DNA of 64,000 bases from Mytilus californianus (Eukaryota), in the NCBI RefSeq assembly GCF_021869535.1, contig NW_026262668.1, positions 6,510,001 to 6,574,000 on the forward strand, in the 5' to 3' direction. The translations under genes were made by a program, and so were the position numbers. Below, one piece after another: positions 1 to 11,439 of this stretch; position 1 is the stretch's first letter; each line of letters begins with the position of its first letter. The notes below the pieces were generated by a model. That model saw nothing but the letters and a program-made list of their open reading frames with translations. It was not told where the DNA came from and did not search any database.

Positions 1-100
1 GTAGGTCAAAAACAGCATATTGCACAAGGCATACAGCCTGTTACTAAAAATACATTCTAGAAATCCCCAATTTTACATTCTTCATGCAATAGTTGTTGAT

Positions 101-262
101 TAATAATATAACAATTGTAGTCTTTGGTTGAGGTCAATACGATGTTATATCTAGTTAGAGAAGCATATCGACATCGGACTTCGTCCTCAGTTCATATGCT
201 TCTCTTAGGTCGGTATAACCTCGTATCGACTTCATACAAAGGCTATAACTGTATAATATCAT
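101..262. repeat. Imperfect palindromic (foldback) element
   Basis: Arms about 101-168 and 194-262 are reverse complements (ATACGATGTTATATCTAGTTAGAGAAGCATAT vs ATATGCTTCTCTTAGGTCGGTATAACCTCGTAT). The spacer holds a small GGAC-TTC-GTCC stem. Confidence 0.75.
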
Positions 263-285
263 TGCATAGAAACACTGATTAGTGC

Positions 286-472
286 ACCGTACTCCACTCT
301 TCTTCAGTTGAATTTTCGCTCATCGTACTTCACTTTTCTGTTGAATTTTCGCTCACCGCGTACTCCACTTTTCTGTTGAATTTTCGCTCACCGTACTCCA
401 CTTTTCTGTTGGGTACTCCATTCTTCTGTTGACTTTTCGCTCACCGTACTCCAATCTTCTGTTGAATTTTCG
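286..472. repeat. Minisatellite, about 33-bp unit, about 5.5 copies
   Basis: Repeated ACCGTACTCCACTTTTCTGTTGAATTTTCGCTC with small indels. Confidence 0.9.
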
Positions 473-651
473 ATATCATTTTGGTAATTTAAAACCGTCT
501 ATCGTTGCTGCAAACACCTCTGTATAGATTGAAAACTGTGCAAGAATACCGGATAATACAGTTTCCACTTACTTCTTAACACGTATATGTAAGAGAATGA
601 TAATCCCTTTCTTCGTATATGTAAGAGAATGATAATCCCTTTCTTCATGAA

Positions 652-2661
652 TAAGTACGAGCGTTAGCGAGTACTTATCATGAAGTAAGGGATTATCATT
701 CTCTTACAAACTTAGAATATTGTAAAGTGCTCAAGGCTCAAATGATCTATCAATTAGTTTCATTGTCAGTGCAATGTTTATAATTGATGCATGACTTCCT
801 TTTTCGGCATGTCATTTATGGATTAGTTTTAGTGATGTGAGGACTTTCTTATCATTTGGGAAATATTTAAAAAAAAAAGCGTTATAGATATTTGGTGACA
901 CAACAGTAGAAAGAAAAGGTAGGAATTGTATGTTTCCTAATTGTGAGTATGAATGTAAATCATGTAATATTTTAGTGAGGAATTATCCTTTTTTTATTTA
1001 CAGTTTAAATCAACTAATACATTTGAGTTACAACTAAATTTTTTTTCACAGCCAATAATTTGGTCCCGCTTTTTACATCAAATACTGTTTCATTATGTCA
1101 GGGAAATGTTCAAAAATAATGCCCTTAAAAATTTTTAATATGTTCAAAACTAAATTCCTGTTTTTTTTATCGGAATACATGTATTGGAAATAACTATTCT
1201 CCCCAACCGCTGATCAAGTAATCAAAGTTTTGGAAAGCTAAAGATTTAGGTTATTTTTTATCTGAAAGATTTTTTTCCTTTTTTTTTTTGCATTGCTTTG
1301 GTATTGTTTAATTTTATAGTAATTTGAAGTTATTAATATTTTCATAACAACATTCACGGTACCAATTTTACTGCACCAGTGAACTTCAACTTATTTTGAG
1401 ATTTTTGTTTGTTTCACAATTCAACTTTTAGTCAGTTTCAATCACTCTGTGATAAATTCTTTCAATCTGATAAATGTGCTTCAGGGCAGTTGTAACTCAT
1501 TTATAGAAACTCTTTGTTTTGAACTGTAAATAGACCCAAATAATAGGATAATCCCTTACTAAGAACATGATTTACATTCATTCTTCACAATTAAGAGGCA
1601 TCCAATCCTACAATTTCATTGGTCGAGAGTACTTTGCTATATTCTAAATGATTAAGTACGAGCGTTAGCGAGTACTTATCATGAAGTAAGGGATTGTCAT
1701 TCTCTTAGAAACTTAGAATATTGTAAAGTGCTCAAGGCTCAAATGATCTATTCAATAATTAGTTTCATTGTCAGTGCAATGTTTATAATTGATGCATGAC
1801 TTCCTTTTTCGGCATGTCATTTACAGATTAGTTTTAGTGATGTAAGGACTTTCTTATCATTTGGGAAATATTTAAAAAAAAAATGCGTTATAGATATTAG
1901 GTGACACAACAGTAGAAAGAAAAGGTAGGAATTGTATGTCTCCTGATTGTGAGTATGAATGTAAATCATGTAATATTTTAGTGAAGAATTATCCTTTTTT
2001 ATTTACAGTCTAAACCAATTAATACATTTGAGTTAAAACTAAATTTCATTTCACAGCAAATATTTGTGTCCGGCTTTTTACATCAAATACTGTTTCATTA
2101 TGTCAGGGAAATGTTCAAAAATAATGCCCCAAAAAGTTTTTAATATGTTCAAAATTAAATTCCTGGTTTTTTTTTTTATCGGAATACATGTATTGGAAAT
2201 AACTATTCTCCCCAACCGCTGATCAAGTAATCGAAGTTTTGGAAAGCTAAAGATTCAGGTTATTTTTTATCTGAAAGATTTTTTTTCTTTTTTTTTTGCA
2301 TTGCTTTGATATTGTTTAATTTTATAGTAATTTGAAGTTATTAATATTTTCATAATAACATTAATATTCACGGTACAAATTTTACTGCACCAGTAAACTT
2401 CAACTTATTTTGAGATTTTTTTTGGTTTCACAATTCAACTTTTATTCAGTTTCAACCACTGTGTGATAAATCCTTTCAATCTGATAAATGTGCCTCGGGG
2501 CAGTTGTAACTCATTTATAAAAACTCTTTGTTTTGAACTGTAAATAGACCCAAATAATAGGATAATCCCTTACTAAGAACATGATTTACATTCATTCTTC
2601 ACAATTAAGAGGCATCCAATCCTACAATTTCATTGGTCGAGAGTACTTTGCTATATTCTAA
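652..2661. repeat. Head-to-tail duplication of an about 1.0-kb non-autonomous element (copies 652-1647 and 1653-2661)
   Basis: Both copies start TAAGTACGAGCGTTAGCGAGTACTTATC, end GAGTACTTTGCTATATTCTAA and are colinear. Each has imperfect 21-bp inverted repeats (712-732 vs 1627-1647). A hairpin at 621-707 precedes copy 1. Confidence 0.92.
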
Positions 2662-3761
2662 TGTCAAATAGATATATTTCCTTCATTTCAGCCACTACAC
2701 ACGTGGAATTAGTCACCTACAGCTTTTTATGTTTCATAAAAAAAGAACAATTTTTCAAAAAATATTTTTAAGGCCGGTTTTGATTTTTTCAAACCAGGTG
2801 TTGAAAAATTCAGTTGTTTCTTCTGCAGTTTTTTTTCTGTTTTTCCCCCCTGATGTTGACACACTGATAATTATTTATGACTTATGAAAGGATATTAAGT
2901 TTCATAAAAGTGGGTCTTGAGGCAGGCCGATTCTCTGATAACATAACGGAAACGTATCTTTGCATGTGACATACTATTTTTGTCCTGTTTTAATGTGGGG
3001 GAAAATTTCCAATTAATTCAAACAACGATAGGTATATAGTTTCTGCGCAAATAACTGAAAAAAAGTGATAAATGTTATTATTTTTAAGTTTCAAAATCTC
3101 CCGCTTCTAACACGTTATAAGTAAACAAACACGTCACGTGGGTAATGTGGCAGTTCCTGACGACGGACGCTTTTTTTGTTACTTACGATAGTAACTAAAG
3201 TTGAGAAAGATACTATCAACCGTTTTCCTGTTGCTATTTGTCTTTATAGATAGATAAGTAGATGATGTTTTAAATGTAATAATTTATCTGTTAACACATC
3301 AATGATAATGCACACACAAGATTCAATAATCAAACATCAAATCCTTATTAGGTATAACCAACTTCCTTGTTTGACAAGGTATATACTTTGTTCTCATTAT
3401 TTCCGAGTTGGGAGGGAGACATTAACTATGGAACGGGAGCCCCATGTTAACCCTCTTTTTCTTTGATCTTAAAGGAAATGCAGATTTTTTATTTTCTATA
3501 AAACTTGACTTGACAGCCAAATCATTTCAATCTGGCGAGACATCTCCGCGTGTGCACTCTTGTATTTCATATTTGGTCACAAGTGGCAGGTATTGACAAT
3601 TAAATTTGATTGAATCTCTATTTCAAAACACTTTCACTCTGCATCTAGTGTCTAGTTTCTAGCCCCCTATCTTCTATAGAATTTGTCCAAACACAAAAAG
3701 GTAAAACAATCGTCTTTGAAGAGTAATATCCTTTTAGCCTCTATTCGAAGCATGAATATAT

Positions 3762-4443
3762 AAAAGTAAGAAGATGTGGTATGATTGCCAATGAGACAAC
3801 ACTCACCCAGATACCAAATGACAGAAGTTAACAACTTTCGGCCACCGTGTGGCCTTCAACAATGAGTAAAACTCATACCGCATTGTACACCATAAAAAAA
3901 AGGCCCCGAAAAAACAAATATATTAAAACAATATTATACAAACGAGAAAACTAATGGCCTGAATTATGTACAAAACAATAAACGAAAAAACAAATATGAT
4001 ATACAGCAACACACGACAACCACTGAATTACAGGCTCCTGACTTGGGACAGGCTCATACATAATGTGGTGGGGTTAACGATATGTTTGCTGGCGTCAAAC
4101 CCACCCCTAATCTGGGACAGTGGTGTTAAACTACAACACAAGAACAAACTATAGGAATCAGTTGGAAAAGGATTAACTCATCAGATCGACACAAAGCACA
4201 TAAAAAACCTAACAACACAACAGACAAGCAGTATAGATCTGAGAGTACTCGTAGATCTATACTGAAAGCTACTTCAAAGGCAATGACAACTAATAAAAAT
4301 CATGTGTCAAAGACTAAAATATCAATCAGTACACATCAAATATCCAATGGATTTAGTGTAAGACGTCATTAACAGTTAGAGAAAAACATGACCTTGTGCA
4401 ATGCCAAAATATATGTATCGACGGATTGTAGAACCGTGAATGT
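3762..4443 (-). mobile_element. Abundant interspersed retroposed repeat (family A, probably Penelope-like derived)
   Basis: The terminus AAGAAGATGTGGTATGATTGCCAATGAGACAAC and body recur at about 7400-7836, 11015-11440, 24630-25015, 37675-37900, 51600-51780, 54350-54530, 60390-60690 and 61410-61666. Short opposite-strand termini occur near 12540, 16650, 39350 and 61090. Shared end plus variable truncation suggests retroposition. The Penelope link is inference. Confidence 0.8.
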
Positions 4444-4760
4444 ACATATATGTGTATACCAATTATATTTAGATTGGTTTTGATTTACTGATAACAAAAT
4501 CAATATTTATACTGATACAAATATATTAAAAGATCTACTAATAATTACAATGTTTAATTGGTAAATTCTTATGATAAGTTTTGATGCACAATAAACGTTT
4601 TTTAAACTGAGTTTTACTGTGCGTATTGCTGTGTGTTTGTTTATTCCAAATTGGCTAGAGGCATAAGGGGGGGGGGGGTTGAGATTGTTTTGTAAAGTCA
4701 ACGAATGTATTTACTAATTTTCATAACATAGATGTGTCATATCTTTGAACAGGAATTAAA

Positions 4761-6446
4761 ATGGCATCTGAACTGACCATATCTTGTGGCCCGTGTAGAT
4801 TTAAAAATATCACGAATAACGCAAAGAAATGGTGTACCATATGTAAAGAAGTCTTCTGTGGAGAATGTGAACAATCTCATAAATCCATGAACATTTCTAT
4901 AAATCACAAGATGATTTCTATTGAGGACTATTCTCAAGTACAGGACATTACAGTAAATCTGAACTGTGAGATTCATGGTAAAAAGCTAGATCTTTACTGC
5001 AGGCAGCACTATATTGCGGTATGCATCGTCTGTGTTCCATCTGAACATAAAATGTGTTCATCTTCTGATGTTATCTCCATCGAAGAAGCCTCTAAAAACG
5101 CCAAACAATCAATTGCACTCTCAGACTTAGAAGGAACTATCTCAAGAACGTTGGACAACGTGAAGCATTGTATAAACGATCAAGAAATAGCCTTGAAAGA
5201 TGTAGAAAAAGATGAAAGAACAATTAAAAAAACAATTGCAGACACGCGAATGAATCTGAAAAACTACCTGGATGAACTCGAGAGAAAACTTCTCCTCAAT
5301 TTAAAATCTACACATTTGAGTTGTAAAACAAAAAACATTGAAATTCTTCATCAATTGAAACAAAAAGAAAAAGAGTTAAAAAAACTAAGAGAACAGACAC
5401 TTCAAATGAAATGTTTTGCATCTGACCTGCAAGTGTTTCTAGGAACATACCAATTGAACAAAACAATCATTGACAATTTTCGATCCCTTAAAGAAGAGAT
5501 AAGAGATTGTACGCATAACAGAATGGAACTAGATTTACATCACGTGATCAGTTCATTGATGAAAGAGGTAAGACAGTTTGGAGAAATTAAAGTTATTGAA
5601 ACTAAGGCTAGTCTACAATTAAAAGATGCAAAGATCGACCAAGCCCAGATACAGATTAATGAATCAATGCAAAATGTACGTTATATCAGTCTTCAGCTGA
5701 AACAGAAGTTTGATATCAAAGGATCAAAAGAACCAATAACTGGTTGCGTCATATTTCCTGACGACAGAATTATAATTGCAGACGGTGATGGAAGTGGTAA
5801 ATTGATGGAATACAATAACAGTGGAAAACATATTCGTAACATTCCTGTCTATGATAAACCATACTATCTAACAGCAGTTAATACCGACCGTATTGCTGTT
5901 ACATATCCAGGTTCTAAATATCTGGAGATTATAAACACTAAGAATGATAATGAAAGGAAGAAGGTACTATGTAGTAATATCTGCAGGGGAATATCTTACC
6001 AGGACCAGAAACTGTATGTTGTTGTATACCAAAAAGGCATAGTGGTGATGGACTTGGATGGAGAGACATTAAATACAATCCATATTGATGTTTTGAGTGT
6101 ATTAAATATAACAACAACAAGCGACAGGATATACTATACAAATCGGAGCAACAATGCTGTACACTGCTGTAGTATGGCAGGACAAGAAATCTGGGTCTTC
6201 AAGGATCGGTCTACTTCCTTTCCGAGTGGTATCTCAGTGGACAATAATCAGAACGTATTTGTTGTTGGTCAATATTCTAATTACCTGACCTTAATACACC
6301 ATGACGGGAAGGACAGTAAAGTCTTACTTACTGACCAAGATGATATTCATCATCCAAAAGCATTGTATTACAGTAAAGAAAAGAATATTATCTGTTTAGG
6401 ATACAAGGCAGGAAGCGTCGCATTATACCAAGCGTCGTTAAACTAA
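4761..6446 (+). CDS. RING-less TRIM-like protein: B-box1, B-box2, coiled coil, NHL/6-bladed beta-propeller (561 aa, single coding exon)
   Basis: B-box1 CGPC..CTIC..FCGECEQSH..H; B-box2 CEIH..YCRQH..VCIVC..EH; heptad-rich middle; C-terminal NHL-like repeats (DDRIIIAD, PYYLTAVNTDRIAVT, PSGISVDNNQNVFVV). Splice acceptor TTTGAACAG (AG 4751-4752) just before the ATG implies a 5' UTR intron. Confidence 0.93.
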   Translation: MASELTISCGPCRFKNITNNAKKWCTICKEVFCGECEQSHKSMNISINHKMISIEDYSQVQDITVNLNCEIHGKKLDLYCRQHYIAVCIVCVPSEHKMCSSSDVISIEEASKNAKQSIALSDLEGTISRTLDNVKHCINDQEIALKDVEKDERTIKKTIADTRMNLKNYLDELERKLLLNLKSTHLSCKTKNIEILHQLKQKEKELKKLREQTLQMKCFASDLQVFLGTYQLNKTIIDNFRSLKEEIRDCTHNRMELDLHHVISSLMKEVRQFGEIKVIETKASLQLKDAKIDQAQIQINESMQNVRYISLQLKQKFDIKGSKEPITGCVIFPDDRIIIADGDGSGKLMEYNNSGKHIRNIPVYDKPYYLTAVNTDRIAVTYPGSKYLEIINTKNDNERKKVLCSNICRGISYQDQKLYVVVYQKGIVVMDLDGETLNTIHIDVLSVLNITTTSDRIYYTNRSNNAVHCCSMAGQEIWVFKDRSTSFPSGISVDNNQNVFVVGQYSNYLTLIHHDGKDSKVLLTDQDDIHHPKALYYSKEKNIICLGYKAGSVALYQASLN

Positions 6447-6720
6447 TTGGTCATTGCGTAAAGAATTATTTACAGGTTGTACTGGATTGTCTGATATAAC
6501 AAATTATATGTTCACCTGACAGATCAAATTTTTTAAATTTCTATATATAAAACATTACATAATTGTATGGATGCGATCATAATTTGGATTAGTAACTTCT
6601 AAACAATTACTCTCTCGAAATATTGACTTCCATTGTTACCATATGGGTGTTCGTGACAGCACAAGGAGTTATATACTAGTTGTACAAGACATTCATCAAG
6701 TTGGTCTCACATGTTGACCC

Positions 6721-7076
6721 CTCCGAAAATTTTACAGTGACGCCATCATGAATTGGTTAACTGTTATGGCATATCTGTTTCACAGATGGCGACGGATATG
6801 TTACTATTGTCTTTACAACAATTTAGTCCTCCTCACATATATGATCTACAAAATGAATTAGACTTATCACCGAGGTTGTACTTACATGAGCAACACGACG
6901 GGGTCCACATGAGGAGCAGAGGTTTTGGTGAGGTTCCTGTTGCTAAGTTTAAGTTTTCATTGTTTGTAAACTGTTGTTTGTCTTTTGACCGTTTTTCGTT
7001 TTTTTACCATTACATAATCAGTTCGTTTTCGACATATGAGTTTGAATAGGCCTTTGGTATCTTTGGCCTCTCCTTT
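6721..7076 (+). mobile_element. Penelope-like element remnant: RT C-terminus plus 3' tail (family B tail)
   Basis: 6721-6803 reads LRKFY(frameshift)RHHELVNCYGISVSQMATDML, matching the recalled C-terminus of mollusc Penelope-like RTs. The tail GGTGAGGTTC.TGTTGCT...GAGTTTGA...GGTATCTTT recurs at about 9284-9465, 16400-16585 and 16865-16980. Confidence 0.7.
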
Positions 7077-8069
7077 GAGCTGATATATTTGGTAAGATTT
7101 AATTAACTCTTAGGATAAAATAAATGATTTCAATTAGGTTATTTACACAAAGCTGTGTATTTCGAAATTTCAAATTTCAAAAAAAAATCAAAATAACTAA
7201 GAAAACTGACATGTCAGCAAGGGCCCAACTTGCACATTTTTGTTTGAGGCACAAAAACAAATCATATAGGTTGTGTTAAAAATCAAAACAATATGTTTTT
7301 GGCGGCCATTTCATAAATGGTGGGCAACCAATATATTTTGAGACGGGGAATATCAAAACAGAGCTACATATCATTGAAACATGACGTACATGTATGACAC
7401 TATATGTTACCATGCGGCCTTCAACAATGAACAAAACCAATACCATATAATCAGCTATAAAAAGGCCTCTACTTGACAAATGTTAAACAATTTAAACGAG
7501 AAAATACCAACGGCCTGATTTGTGTACAAAACTATAAACGAAAACAAATATGAAAGACAGCAACCAACGACAACCACTTTATTACAGGCTCCTAACTCGG
7601 GATAGACACAAACAGAATGTGGCGGTGCTAAGCATGCGAGCGCTCCCCCTGACCGTTGACAGTGGCGTAACAGCACACCATAAGAAAAAACTGTAAAAAT
7701 CAGTTGAAAAAGAACTGACTCATCAGATCAAAACCAAGAAAAAATAGCAAGTGAAAAAAAGACTAAGGACACAACGTACCGATCTTAAAGTACTTGCCCT
7801 TTTTGAAAGTTCAAAGTCAATTACAACTAATAAATAAGTCATTATTTCCGAGTCTATGCATTTTCTTTGAATTTCTAGCTTAAATAGATGTCTCAAGAAT
7901 CTTGACCTCATAATAAACAAAAGTTTATAGCACAATATTTGACACCGAGAATCATTTGGAATAGCTTATTACACATTTGACATCCTAGCATAAAAAGATA
8001 TTTTGAAATATTGTGACAGACGCAGACAGAGAAACAGATATAATGATTACTATAGGGCATAGCCGACTA

Positions 8070-8623
8070 CATCTTCGCTAGCCAAGGGTTACGATCCACT
8101 CCCCTCGTCTTCACCCTTGGCAGATTGAGCCAACATTTGTGATAACAATGTTGCGCCGTCTATCGGTTTTTACCGTTGATTAAAGTCACGCCCATTCCGA
8201 ATAAATTATTTTTGACCAATGGTTGCACTTGAACCCTCTTCAGTGTGGAGGTGAAACCACGGTAGCGCCTAGAGTCTACAAACTTGGTGAAGCAGGAAAC
8301 GAAAATATACCCTGCCATTCCAACATTTGTGCATGAAACATACACAGAAACTTCTAATAGTTGAATAAAAACATTTAAGTTGTCACAAAATATCGTCGTA
8401 TGTTTAGGGATGTAAAGACTTGTTGCACAATCAGCACGTGGTAATTGTTTACTTACATTTTCTACATTTACACATGATCATGTTATAGGTTCTTTTTGAT
8501 TGGATGCAGCCAGTTTCGACTGCAACCAATGAAAATCATTACCTTGTGTCTTCGAAATTCTATCTCAATCTGCCAAAGGTGGAGAGGAGGGGAGTGGATC
8601 GTAACCCTTGGCTAGCGGAGATG
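8070..8623. mobile_element. MITE, about 60-bp TIRs, 9-bp TSD (AGCCGACTA / AGTCGACTA)
   Basis: Left TIR CATCTTCGCTAGCCAAGGGTTACGATCCACTCCCCTC...GGCAGATTGAG (8070-8129) is the near-perfect reverse complement of 8564-8623. Flanks 8061-8069 and 8624-8632 match at 8/9. Confidence 0.88.
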
Positions 8624-9594
8624 AGTCGACTAGTCGGCGAGGCCAATATAAAAAAATAAACATATACTTTTGTATATATAGAAACTACATTCACAGCAAT
8701 GATATTTATTTGTTCCTTGCCTTTAACGGAGTTTAAAACTAAAAAGCATCATGTTCAATAGCACATATGGGAACGAAATGGATGTTAAAGGCAACTCCAG
8801 TCGAGGTATATTTACTGAAAAGCAACATGTTCAATAACAAATATGGGAACGGGACATATGAACTACCTTGCAGAACATATCTATTGTATTAATTGCACGT
8901 CCTGAATTTGCGTGTAATATTTGACACTGAACGCTAATGCCAGCAACAATCAATCCTTGCTGTTGAAATATGTATGAACTTTCCTAAATGTATTAGTTTG
9001 CAATGTTGTATTGTTCTGTTTACGACATTACGGTAACACTTTGTCTAAACTATTCCAGTAAAAAATGCTTAGACTCGATAGTATCTGATATCCGGTACGG
9101 TAACAGACTTATTACAGACGAGTTTAGAAACAGCAAGTAAAAAGAAGATGAGAAATATCGTTTGATATTATTTTTAACGAGAATCATTATAAAAGATGTT
9201 GATTACGACAGTACATTTTGTGAAATCCTTACTCTGTAGTATATTTCACCCTATAATAGTCATTGTTGTGTAAATGCAAGGTTACACCTGAAATCATCCC
9301 CAGTTTTTGGTGAGGTTCGTGTTGCTCTGTCTTAGTTTTCTATGTTGTGTTTTGTGAAATGTTGTTTGTCTTTTCGTCGGTTTTCGTTTTTTGCCATGGC
9401 ATTGTCAGTTTGTTTTCGATTTATAAGTTTGAATATTCTTTCATATCTTTCGCCCCTTGTTTACGCTCCTTACAAATGGTAGTCACCGTTTTAGAATTAT
9501 CATATTCTAGCAAACACCAAGTAGTGAAATCAAAACGCCTTAATCTACTTAAAATATGGATCTGTGATTCCACTGTGCTTATAACATATGCTTC

Positions 9595-9771
9595 GACGAG
9601 TATAAAGCGAGTCACGATAGACGAGTATAAAGCGAGTCATGACAGACGAGTATAAAGCGAGTCACGATAGACGAGTATAAAGCGAGTCACGATAGACGAG
9701 TATAAAGCGAGTCACGATAGACGAGTATAAAGCGAGTCACGATAGACGAGTATAAAGCGAGTCACGATAGA
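9595..9771. repeat. Minisatellite, 25-bp unit x7
   Basis: GACGAGTATAAAGCGAGTCACGATA in near-perfect tandem. Confidence 0.97.
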
Positions 9772-9944
9772 TATGAACATTGATCAGATTCACACCCACT
9801 GTGATTCGAAAAGAGGAACATTGCAATCCGAAATAGAAAGGTCTGTTATGTCAAACTTGAAATCATCTCTTTTATTCGTATATGTTGAAGTTTCAATTTT
9901 TTTCGTTTTGTACCAATACAGTTATGTATAAAATGGAATATTTA

Positions 9945-10938
9945 CTTACGTTTAAAGAGACAGCTCTGACTGTCCGTGGAAACACTCAGAACCGTTTTAA
10001 AGGGACAGCTCGGACTGTCTGTGGAAACACTTAGGACCGTTTAGAAGAGACAGCTCGGACTGTCTGTGGAAACACTTAGGACCGTTTAAAGAGACAGCTC
10101 GGACTGTCTGTGGAAACACTTAGGATCGTTTAAAGAGACAGCTCGGACTGTCTATGGAAACACTTAGGACCGTTTAAAGAGACAGCTCGGACTGTCCGTG
10201 TAAACACTTAGGACCGTTTAAAGAGACAGCTCGGACTGTCTATAGAAACACTTACGTTTAAAGAGACAGCTCGGACTGTCTGTGGAAACACTTAGGATCG
10301 TTTAAAGAGACAGCTCGGACTGTCTATGGAAACACTTAGGACCGTTTAAAGAGACAGCTCGGACTGTCCGTGGAAACACTCAGAACCGTTTAAAGAGACA
10401 GCTCGGACTGTCAGTGGAAACACTTAGGACCGTTTAGAAGAGACAGCTCGGACTGTCTGTGGAAACACTAAGAACCGTTTAAAGAGACAGCTCGGACTGT
10501 CTGTGGAAACACTTAGGACCGTTTAAAGAGACAGCTCGGACTGTCTGTGGAAACACTTAGGACCGTTTAAAGAGACAGCTCGGACTGTCTGTGGAAACAC
10601 TTAGGACCGTTTAAAGAGACAGCTCGGACTGTCTGTGGAAACACTTAGGACCGTTTAAAGAGACAGCTCGGACTGTCTATAGAAACACTTACGTTTAAAG
10701 AGACAGCTCGGACTGTCCGTGGAAACACTCAGAACCGTTTAAAGAGACAGCTCGGACTGTCAGTGGAAACACTTAGGACCGTTTAGAAGAGACAGCTCGG
10801 ACTGTCCGTGGAAACACTCAGAACCGTTTAAAGAGACAGCTCGGACTGTCAGTGGAAACACTTAGGACCGTTTAGAAGAGACAGCTCGGACTGTCTGTGG
10901 AAACACTAAGAACCGTTTTAAGAGACAGCTCGGACCGT
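9945..10938. repeat. Tandem array, 44-bp unit, about 23 copies, each with an internal hairpin
   Basis: Unit TTTAAAGAGACAGCTCGGACTGTCTGTGGAAACACTTAGGACCG, containing AGACAG-ctcgga-CTGTCT. No unique spacers. Confidence 0.97.
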
Positions 10939-11439
10939 CGTGCAGACTATGGCAGCTGTATTATTTGATCCATTTGAAGACATATACTGGAAACATCTGG
11001 GCAGTCTGAGGATACTGGCAATAGAGACACACCAGTCGGTCAAACCTTCAACAATGAGCAAAAACATGTGGCACTGTATACTTAGATATATATATAAAGG
11101 CCCCAGCATAAAAAAATTGAAAAGAATTCGAGCGAGAAAACTAGAGCCCTGAATAATTCAAAAACCAAAAACTGTAAGTAATATTTAGCATACAGCAATC
11201 AACGATAACCTCTGAATTATAGGCTCCTGACTTTAGACAGACACATACAAAATGTGGTGGGTTTCATCTTTTTCGTGACCACTAACTCCTCCTCTGGGAC
11301 AGTGGTAAAAGCAAAACATGAAAAAAAAAAATTTAAAAGTCAGTTGGAAAGAGCTTGACTCATCAGATTGACACAAAGTATTGACCTAAGAGTACTTGCA
11401 GTTACTTGTATTGAAGATAAAAAAAAACAACACTTAATA

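Noticed and set aside
4170-4195. CTGATGAG on the minus strand of family A (also near 7720 and 11360) as a hammerhead core
   Set aside because: The following stem is not closed by GAAA and no stem III is evident.
9945-10938. CRISPR-like appearance (palindromic repeat, GAAAC motif)
   Set aside because: Units are contiguous with no unique spacers, there are no cas genes, and the context is eukaryotic.
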